A DNA stretch of 39,450 nt from an uncultured Gammaproteobacteria bacterium (lineage in GTDB: Bacteria > Patescibacteriota > Patescibacteriia > UBA11705 > JABHMO01): the NCBI GenBank assembly GCA_964605975.1, contig CAZSER010000001.1, positions 1-39,450 on the forward strand. Direction: 5' to 3'. The first letter of the stretch is position 1. Each line of letters opens with the position of its first letter. Under the pieces are notes generated by a model, which did no database searches, was not told where the DNA came from, and worked only from the letters and a program-made list of their open reading frames with translations. A program made the translations under genes and the position numbers. Below are positions 9,096 through 15,365 of this stretch, piece after piece.

Positions 9096-10445
9096 TTAGA
9101 GAGAAATAGTTTCGGAGGCTGTTGGTCCATAAGAGATAATTCTAACTTGCAAACCGGTAATTTTCTCGATAAGTTGAATATATTGGCGAACTTCCTCGGT
9201 TAGATCATCAAAACTATTTCGAGAATTAGGACAAGTAAAAATTTGCTTTATAGGAGAGAGAGTGTGGTAATAGGGGATAACATTTAGCGTTTCTTGAGGA
9301 TTTGTTGGCCAGTAGAAAGTTGTTCCACTTTGGTCTTTTCTGCGGTAACCAATTCCAACTTTTAGTTCCGGTAATCCTACCAAAACATCCAGTTTGGTAA
9401 TTGCTAGAGAAGTAATACCAGCGACTTCACAAGCATATTTAATTTGAGGTAGGTCTAGCCAGCCACAATCTCTTGGTCTTCCGGTATTTGAACCGTACTC
9501 GTGACCGCGCTTTCTAATTTCGGCACCTATTTCATCTTCAATTTTTGTTGGAAATGGACCATTGCCAACTCTGGTGGTATAAGCTTTCATAATTCCAACA
9601 TGTTTAATCGTTGACTCTTGATGGAATAGTCCACTTCCTCCAAGTCCAGAAAAAAGTCCGGTTAAACTGGTATTGCTAGAAGTGACAAAGGGATAAGTTC
9701 CAAAATCTTTATCCAACATAACTCCATGGGCGCTTTGAATAAAGATTGTTTTTGCCCTTGAACACATTTTTATCCCACTATTAACAAAGTTATTTTCTAT
9801 AAAACCTGAATCTTGAAGCTTGTAGCCAAAAGAAATTATTGCTGGCAGTTTTTTTAGTTCTTCCTCATATTCTTGTAAAAAGTTATTATCACCAAAAGAG
9901 GAAATAATCTGTCGATAATAAGCACTGATTTTATCTGTCTTTTGGTAAAACTCTTCTGGTGACAGCCAAAAGTCAAACATTCTTGTTGCGGTATGTCGAT
10001 AGTCTTTGTCAGCATAACAAGGACCAATTCCTCGGCCGGTTGTACCAATAGTTCCCTGCGGACTATCAGCAAAAAATGTTTCTATGAGCTTATCCATTAT
10101 TTTATGCCAAGGCATAATGACATGAGCGCCACCTTGTATTATGAGCTCGGAAGGATCAATTTTTTCACCTCTAATTTCTTCAACCTCAGCAATCTCTTTT
10201 TGGAGAGTTAAGAGGTCAATAACACAACCATTTCCAACAATATTCGTGGTATTATGAAAAACGCCGACTGGCAAATGTTTCAAAACTATCTTTTTGCCTT
10301 GGAAAATAACGGTATTTCCAGCATTCGGTCCACCATTATAGCGACAACACAGATCAAAGTTTCTTCTGGCAAAAAAATAATCAACAATTTTTGCTTTTCC
10401 TTCATCGCCCCATTGGATACCGCTAGCCATAATAATTTCGCTCAT
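9096..10445 (-). CDS. purA: adenylosuccinate synthase
   Basis: QWGDEGKAKIVD P-loop region, GTTGRGIGPCYADK, and the TKLDVL guanine-specificity motif. 449 aa. Confidence 0.93.
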   Translation of the reverse strand: MSEIIMASGIQWGDEGKAKIVDYFFARRNFDLCCRYNGGPNAGNTVIFQGKKIVLKHLPVGVFHNTTNIVGNGCVIDLLTLQKEIAEVEEIRGEKIDPSELIIQGGAHVIMPWHKIMDKLIETFFADSPQGTIGTTGRGIGPCYADKDYRHTATRMFDFWLSPEEFYQKTDKISAYYRQIISSFGDNNFLQEYEEELKKLPAIISFGYKLQDSGFIENNFVNSGIKMCSRAKTIFIQSAHGVMLDKDFGTYPFVTSSNTSLTGLFSGLGGSGLFHQESTIKHVGIMKAYTTRVGNGPFPTKIEDEIGAEIRKRGHEYGSNTGRPRDCGWLDLPQIKYACEVAGITSLAITKLDVLVGLPELKVGIGYRRKDQSGTTFYWPTNPQETLNVIPYYHTLSPIKQIFTCPNSRNSFDDLTEEVRQYIQLIEKITGLQVRIISYGPTASETISL

Positions 10446-10537
10446 TTTGGGCTCCTTGTTTTTTGATCAAATTTAACTACGGCAAAACTTCCCTCAAAAA
10501 GAGAGAGTAGTAGCTTTTTGAAGATTTCGGCATTCAT
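10442..10537 (-). CDS. 31-aa upstream mini-ORF translationally coupled to purA (candidate leader peptide)
   Basis: AAGGAG 10 nt upstream of the ATG at 10537. Encodes MNAEIFKKLLLSLFEGSFAVVKFDQKTRSPK. Its TGA overlaps the purA ATG (ATGA), and the purA SD lies inside its last codons. Confidence 0.35.
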   Translation of the reverse strand: MNAEIFKKLLLSLFEGSFAVVKFDQKTRSPK

Positions 10538-10582
10538 CAATAACAGTCTCCTTATTTAAGTTGATAATGAACACAGTAAAAA

Positions 10583-10611
10583 AGTTTACTGGATAAAAAG
10601 TAATTTGTCAA
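10583..10611 (-). promoter_or_regulatory. sigma70-like promoter for the mini-ORF/purA transcript
   Basis: Minus strand: TTGACA, 17 nt spacer, TAAACT. Confidence 0.5.
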
Positions 10612-10651
10612 TAAAATATTTATCTAAAAAAGTTAAAAACTAGACATCGTA

Positions 10652-10686
10652 ATAAAAAAAAAGAAGCGCTCTTATGGCGCTTCTTT
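10652..10686 (-). terminator. intrinsic terminator immediately after the sugar transferase stop
   Basis: GAAGCGC-(7 nt loop)-GCGCTTC hairpin flanked by an A-run and a T-run. On the minus strand it is followed by a 10-nt T-run. Confidence 0.8.
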
Positions 10687-12120
10687 TTAGGTTTTACTTT
10701 TCCTTTTAAGTATCGCCAAGGGGGTTTTGATCATTATCCAAAAATCCATTTTTAGCGACCAGTTTTCAATATAAAAAGTATCTAATTTAACTTCATCTTC
10801 AAAATCCAGATCGCTTCTTCCAGAAATTTGGGCTAATCCAGAAACGCCCGGTTTGATATCAAGAACTCTACGGTGATGATCGGCATATTGGGCGACTTCT
10901 CTGGGTTGATGGGGGCGAGGACCAATTAAACTCATATTACCAATTAAAACATTAAAAAATTGGGGTAGTTCATCGAGCGATGTTTTTTCCAAAAATCGAC
11001 CAATTTTTGTTCTTCTGGGATCGTTGAGGACTTTATAAACGGGACCTTTTCTTTCAGATTTCTTTTTTATAAGGTCTTTTTCAAGCTGCAAGGCTTTTTG
11101 GGTGTCGGCATATTTAACAAACTGTTCACCAGTGCAATATTTAACATACATGGAGCGAAATTTGTAAACATAAAAATTTTTATTTTTACTAACTCGTTCA
11201 TTTTTATAAATTGCTGGCCCCCAGTCTTCTAGTCTGATCACAATAGCAAGGACAAGCATTAAGGGGGCAAAAATTATAATTAAGATAAGACTAAAAACAA
11301 CGTCAAAAAATCTTTTGGCAATTCTACCCCAGCCGTCAAGTTTAGTTTTTTTGATTTCAATTATTGGTATTCCGGCAAGAACATGAACATCAATGTTTGT
11401 GGTCATGGATTCAAACTGTCCAGCGGTGTATTTAAAACTGATATTGTGTCGATTGCAAAAGGCAATTAGTTCAACACTTAATTTGCGAGAAAGTGAGCTA
11501 TCGGCTTGAATTATTTCATCAATAATTTTTTGTTTGTGTAGTTCTATTAATTCTGAATAATCATTTTGTTCAAAATTTCTAATTCGACCAATTATTTTAT
11601 AACCAAGTTCTTTTTGAAAGTTAAATGTTTCAATAAGTTTTTCGGTGTTTTTGTCATTGCCGATAATTACCACATTATGAGCTCCCCAACCAATTTTTTG
11701 AGAATAGTTTTGGAGTTTTCTGATAATAATTCTCCCAATAATTAGAAAAATGATAGAAATTATCCAAGCGGTCAAGACAATAAAACGAGAAGAAAACATT
11801 TCACGAACAAAAAACATATAAATAATTACTGAAGACAAACCAAACGAGGTGGCAATAATAATTTTGGCGATTTCATCAGTAATTTTACGACGAGAAAAAG
11901 AATAAAGCCCGGAAATAGCAAAAGAAATTAAACAGATAAGAGAAGTTAAAATCACGACCAGTAGATATTTTTCAAAAGGGAGGTCAAAGACGATTGGGCG
12001 AAATCTTTGGATCGTTTCATCATACCGAATAAAATATGACAAAATCCCTGCGAAGAGTAATAACAAAAAATCAGTAGGAATTTTTAAAAAAGTAAAGAAA
12101 AGGTCAGCTTTCTTTTTCAT
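10687..12120 (-). CDS. polyprenyl-phosphate glycosyl-1-phosphate (priming) sugar transferase, WbaP/bacterial sugar transferase family
   Basis: Multi-TM N-terminus. C-terminal catalytic domain has DELPQFFNVLIGNMSLIGPRPH and ENWSL motifs typical of the family. Confidence 0.9.
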   Translation of the reverse strand: MKKKADLFFTFLKIPTDFLLLLFAGILSYFIRYDETIQRFRPIVFDLPFEKYLLVVILTSLICLISFAISGLYSFSRRKITDEIAKIIIATSFGLSSVIIYMFFVREMFSSRFIVLTAWIISIIFLIIGRIIIRKLQNYSQKIGWGAHNVVIIGNDKNTEKLIETFNFQKELGYKIIGRIRNFEQNDYSELIELHKQKIIDEIIQADSSLSRKLSVELIAFCNRHNISFKYTAGQFESMTTNIDVHVLAGIPIIEIKKTKLDGWGRIAKRFFDVVFSLILIIIFAPLMLVLAIVIRLEDWGPAIYKNERVSKNKNFYVYKFRSMYVKYCTGEQFVKYADTQKALQLEKDLIKKKSERKGPVYKVLNDPRRTKIGRFLEKTSLDELPQFFNVLIGNMSLIGPRPHQPREVAQYADHHRRVLDIKPGVSGLAQISGRSDLDFEDEVKLDTFYIENWSLKMDFWIMIKTPLAILKRKSKT

Positions 12121-12147
12121 ATTATCGATCTTGGCGATTAGTTATTG

Positions 12148-12176
12148 ATATTATAATGATAACATTTTTCTTGCAA
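12148..12176 (-). promoter_or_regulatory. candidate promoter for the sugar transferase gene
   Basis: Minus strand: TTGCAA, 17 nt spacer, TAATAT (or a 15-nt spacer to TATAAT), about 30 nt upstream of the ATG. Confidence 0.4.
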
Positions 12177-12204
12177 AAATAAAAGGAACGCTGGTTCCTT
12201 TTAT
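12174..12204 (-). terminator. intrinsic terminator of rnpB
   Basis: AAAAGGAAC-(4 nt)-GTTCCTTTT hairpin directly 3' of the RNase P RNA, followed on the minus strand by ATTTTTG. Confidence 0.75.
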
Positions 12205-12208
12205 TTTT

Positions 12209-12568
12209 GGTTAATGACTGACGAATAAGCCGGATTCTGTTCATTTCGTCAAAAAACGAAACTCTTGATCATCTATCTGGAATCAAAATCACTTTTGACT
12301 TCTAGCGAGCTACCTAACTTGCTCTTGCACTCGGGTAAGGATTTAGCCGTTTCATTCTCAAAATTACTAATGAGATTCTTCCTTTACTTTAACTTGCGTC
12401 AAAAAAAGGAAGTTGTTTTCTTGCGAAAAGCAACGTCACTGTTCGCACCTCTATCTTGCGATTGACAGGGATTACCTGCTACCTTTTCTTCAATTTTACA
12501 AAAGAAGCGAGTGTCCGGACTTTCCTCTCCGAAATTAATCGAAGCGATCAAGTTGTCGGTCATTAACC
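12209..12568 (-). ncRNA. rnpB: RNase P RNA, bacterial type A
   Basis: Minus strand contains GAGGAAAGTCCGGAC (CR-I), GGTGCGAACAGTGAC (CR-II), CCAGATAGATGATCAAG (CR-IV) and ACAGAATCCGGCTTA (CR-V). P1 closes by pairing GGTTAATGAC at the 5' end with GTCATTAACC at the 3' end. About 360 nt. Confidence 0.92.
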
Positions 12569-12574
12569 GTTGTT

Positions 12575-12603
12575 AATATATCATTTTAACAATCTAATGT
12601 CAA
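12575..12603 (-). promoter_or_regulatory. promoter of rnpB
   Basis: Minus strand: TTGACA, 17 nt spacer, TATATT, then 6 nt to the first P1 nucleotide. Confidence 0.6.
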
Positions 12604-12610
12604 TGGTTGA

Positions 12611-12639
12611 TTGACTTTTTTAATAAGTGATGTTAAAAT
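12611..12639 (+). promoter_or_regulatory. promoter of the four-gene small-protein operon (divergent from rnpB)
   Basis: TTGACT, 17 nt spacer, TAAAAT. The predicted TSS falls after the track's ATG at 12643, which favours the SD-led ATG at 12676. Confidence 0.55.
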
Positions 12640-12675
12640 TAAATGTTCATTGAAATTTTAAGGAAGGAGCTTTCT

Positions 12676-13104
12676 ATGAAAGATCAAAAACAGTATTTTC
12701 GAGAAAGGCTTTACCGAGATATTGTCTCTAATTTTGAGGTTCTTTGTACTGTTTTTATTCGCGAAGATGGGACAAATTTCTATACGGAAAAAGAATTTTT
12801 TGAATTATTTTTTTGTTTTTTTGATGACAAGTTTATTAATATTGAATTACGAACTGCTTCTTGGCGTAGTTTTTCTGCGATTAAAGAGATTAATCGTAAA
12901 TTACAAGACTCTTGTTTTAGATTTGATTTGGAAAAAAGTCAAATTAAAAAAGCGGGAAAGCTTATCTTTGTTTGGGATTGTCTTTTTATAGACAATGAAA
13001 ATAATAAAACCAATAAAGTGGTAACCTTTTCAATCACTAGAAGAAAATTTTTTAGTGGGCGGAACTGTTTGCGTTTATTATCCAGCTATTCTCGGGAGTT
13101 TTAA
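12676..13104 (+). CDS. small orphan protein A (142 aa), Phe-rich, no TM helix or signal peptide
   Basis: AGGAAGGAG SD 6 nt upstream of the ATG. Its stop abuts the next ATG (TAAATG). No family recognised. Confidence 0.7.
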   Translation: MKDQKQYFRERLYRDIVSNFEVLCTVFIREDGTNFYTEKEFFELFFCFFDDKFINIELRTASWRSFSAIKEINRKLQDSCFRFDLEKSQIKKAGKLIFVWDCLFIDNENNKTNKVVTFSITRRKFFSGRNCLRLLSSYSREF

Positions 13105-13413
13105 ATGATTGTCAATCCTCAACTTTTTAGTTTTGCCAAGTTTTTTGTCTATTCAAAAGATGGCATACAGCAGAAAATATCAAGGGATGTCTTTGATTAT
13201 TATCGAGAATTAAGACAGGGAAAATGTTTGTTATTTACAGAAAAACCGGAAGAAATTTTTCTGCTAGCCGAAAACATTATCGAGCAAAATAGATTAAAAG
13301 CGAAAAGTTTTTCGTACCAAGTTGTTTTTGATGATGATGGGGTGCTTTTTTTTAATGGGATGAAGGTTAGTAGTTTTCATTTAGTTTTTGAAGAAACGGG
13401 AAATGAAAGATAG
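13105..13413 (+). CDS. small orphan protein B (102 aa), paralog of C
   Basis: GGGAG SD 6 nt upstream. Shares RQGKCLLFTEKPEEIF and FFNGMKVSSFHLVF motifs with protein C. Confidence 0.75.
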   Translation: MIVNPQLFSFAKFFVYSKDGIQQKISRDVFDYYRELRQGKCLLFTEKPEEIFLLAENIIEQNRLKAKSFSYQVVFDDDGVLFFNGMKVSSFHLVFEETGNER

Positions 13414-13423
13414 GAGGTGGAAG

Positions 13424-13789
13424 ATGGAAAGTCATTGTTTTAGTAACTTAATAAGCGTTTGGAACTTTTTTAATAACAACTTTTTTATTATTAATAACAA
13501 AAAAACCGAGTTGATTGTTCGCTTTGATGAGTTCCTAGATAAACTACTTTTTCGAGATGGAAGAGTGGTGCTGTTTTTCATCAGGGAAGAAGAGGAGGAA
13601 GAGTTTTGTCGGGTTCTTTCGGTTGGTCAATTAAAAATAAACTTTGATCAGTCGAGGGTAAATAAAGTTCCTGGGCATGTTTTAACTTTCTTCGGACAGG
13701 GTTCGGAGATGTTTGTTTTTTATAATGGAATAAAGGTTAAAGATTTTTCTTTGACTTTTATTTCCCAACCACCAAGGAGGAACTCATGA
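13424..13789 (+). CDS. small orphan protein C (121 aa), paralog of B
   Basis: GGAGGTGG SD 3 nt upstream of the ATG at 13424 (the track ORF starts at a TTG at 13388). Motifs RDGRVVLFFIREEEEEEF and FYNGIKVKDFSLTF. Confidence 0.7.
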   Translation: MESHCFSNLISVWNFFNNNFFIINNKKTELIVRFDEFLDKLLFRDGRVVLFFIREEEEEEFCRVLSVGQLKINFDQSRVNKVPGHVLTFFGQGSEMFVFYNGIKVKDFSLTFISQPPRRNS

Positions 13790-14157
13790 ACATTAATTTT
13801 GCGCCAGAAGGTAGTTTTTTTTATCAGCTGTTGGAATATATTATTCGAGCTTTTCCGAATGGGTTTGGAAAGGTTTATAATGAGGATATTGGAATTTTGT
13901 ATTATTTCATTATGGAGAGGAAGCAAATTCCTGTTAATATCTGGATAAAAACAAAAGATAGTTCGGAAGATTTTTATCGAGCAACCTTTGTGAGTTCGCA
14001 GGTTTATGTAGAAGATGGTGAAATAAAAATACTTTTTTTGCTTGAAAAAGGCGAACCAGTAGACATAACTTTTTCTCTTGACGGTGATGTTGTGGAGGCG
14101 TTTTGGGATGAGTTCAGTCTCGCTGATTTTCGTTTTTCAGTTAGTTCTTTTTCTTAA
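13786..14157 (+). CDS. small orphan protein D (123 aa), probable distant paralog of B and C
   Basis: AGGAGG SD 5 nt upstream. ATGA start/stop overlap with C. Motifs EDGEIKILFLLEKGE and FSLDGDVVEAFWDEFSLADFRFSV. Confidence 0.75.
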   Translation: MNINFAPEGSFFYQLLEYIIRAFPNGFGKVYNEDIGILYYFIMERKQIPVNIWIKTKDSSEDFYRATFVSSQVYVEDGEIKILFLLEKGEPVDITFSLDGDVVEAFWDEFSLADFRFSVSSFS

Positions 14158-14202
14158 TTCAAAAAAGGAGAGTCATCTTCTTTAAAATTTGTTATTTAAC
14201 GC

Positions 14203-14237
14203 AAAAGCCGACGGATAAAATTCCGTCGGCCTTTTTT
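14203..14237. terminator. bidirectional intrinsic terminator (small-protein operon / trpS)
   Basis: AAAAGCCGACGG-(8 nt)-CCGTCGGCCTTTTTT between convergent genes. Confidence 0.8.
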
Positions 14238-14254
14238 GTATAATAAAGAAAAAG

Positions 14255-15226
14255 TTACAAACCGATAGCTTTTTTTATTTTTTTTATTTTTTTACTGGCC
14301 GTTTGGGAGGCTTTTTCAGCGCCATTTTTTAAGATGTTTTTTATTTCTTTGTCACTGATGTTTTGTAATTTTTTTTGAATTGGCTCGACAAATGCAACAA
14401 CTCTTTCGGCGAGTTCGTTTTTGAAAACACCATAACCTTGACCAGTAAATTGTTGCTCAATTTCGGGGATAGTTAGTCCGGTTACCAGAGAGTAAATAGT
14501 CAATAAGTTAGCTAACGCCGGTTTGTCTTCTCCTCCTTTGATCTCTGTTCCGGAGTCGGTGACGGCTCTTTTTATTTTTTTGCGAATTAAATCGGGGGAA
14601 TCTGTCAAGGCAATATAGTTATATTCAGAACTGGCTGATTTACTCATTTTTTTGTTAGGATCGTCAAGTCCTTTTAGTCTGGCAGAAGTTTTGTTCAAGA
14701 ATAGTTCCGGAACTTTGAGAATATCGCCGTAAAGATTATTGAATTTCTTGGCTAACATTCTGGTAAGTTCAACATGTTGAACTTGATCTTCGCCAACTGG
14801 AACAATGTCAGCATCATAAAGCAAAATATCGGAAGCCATAAGACAGGGATAAGTAAAAAGTCCGGCATTGATATTTTCGGCATGTTGTGCCGATTTATCT
14901 TTGAACTGGGTCATCCGATTTAATTCTCCCATTGGGGCAAGGCAAGTCAAAATCCAAGCCAGTTCGGTATGTTCTGAAATATCAGATTGGCGAAAAATTA
15001 CCGCTTTTTTGGGGTCAAGACCAGAGGCGATATAAAGTTTGGCTAAATCAAAAATTCTGTGGTTTAGTTCTTTTGGATCTTGAAAAATAGTCAAAGCATG
15101 GAGATCGACAATGGGGAAAAATGATTGGTGAGTTTTTTGGAGTTCCAGCCAACTATGTAAAGCGCCAAAGTAATTACCAAGATGAATAATTCCCGTAGGT
15201 TGCATTCCGCTAAATAGTCTTTTCAT
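14255..15226 (-). CDS. trpS: tryptophan--tRNA ligase
   Basis: Class I signatures: QPTGIIHLGNYFGA (HIGH-like) and KMSKS. 323 aa is typical for TrpRS. Confidence 0.95.
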   Translation of the reverse strand: MKRLFSGMQPTGIIHLGNYFGALHSWLELQKTHQSFFPIVDLHALTIFQDPKELNHRIFDLAKLYIASGLDPKKAVIFRQSDISEHTELAWILTCLAPMGELNRMTQFKDKSAQHAENINAGLFTYPCLMASDILLYDADIVPVGEDQVQHVELTRMLAKKFNNLYGDILKVPELFLNKTSARLKGLDDPNKKMSKSASSEYNYIALTDSPDLIRKKIKRAVTDSGTEIKGGEDKPALANLLTIYSLVTGLTIPEIEQQFTGQGYGVFKNELAERVVAFVEPIQKKLQNISDKEIKNILKNGAEKASQTASKKIKKIKKAIGL

Positions 15227-15249
15227 ATTTTTAAACTTATGTTTCTTTG

Positions 15250-15277
15250 ATTATAGCAAAAATAGAGATAATTTCAA
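15250..15277 (-). promoter_or_regulatory. promoter of trpS
   Basis: Minus strand: TTGAAA, 16 nt spacer, (TGC)TATAAT, about 24 nt upstream of the ATG. Confidence 0.55.
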
Positions 15278-15315
15278 TTTTTACCAAAAAGCAGAAAGAG
15301 CTTTCTTTTTAAGAA

Positions 15316-15348
15316 AACAAAAAACCGCAAAAAAATTGCGGTTTTTTG
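15316..15348 (-). terminator. intrinsic terminator downstream of rnj
   Basis: ACCGCAA-(5 nt)-TTGCGGT hairpin flanked by an A-run and a T-run. Confidence 0.75.
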
Positions 15349-15365
15349 GGGTTTTTGTGATAATT

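Noticed and set aside
10400-10436. PurA P-loop reads GDEGKAK instead of the usual GDEGKGK
   Set aside because: This is a single conservative Gly-to-Ala difference while all other catalytic motifs are intact. That is not enough to argue for altered function without an alignment of orthologs.
12265-12465. 66-aa plus-strand ORF from the track
   Set aside because: It lies entirely inside the minus-strand RNase P RNA gene, has no SD, and the region is explained by conserved rnpB sequence blocks.
12722-12991. 89-aa alternative-frame ORF inside small protein A
   Set aside because: It is on the same strand but out of frame with the SD-led ORF A, has no SD of its own, and gives a hydrophobic low-complexity translation.
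15227-15365. Possible T-box or riboswitch leaders upstream of trpS (and of aspS at 32638-32834)
   Set aside because: The distances from the predicted -10 boxes to the ATGs are only about 20-25 nt. That is far too short for a T-box (about 200 nt or more), and no specifier or antiterminator elements are visible.
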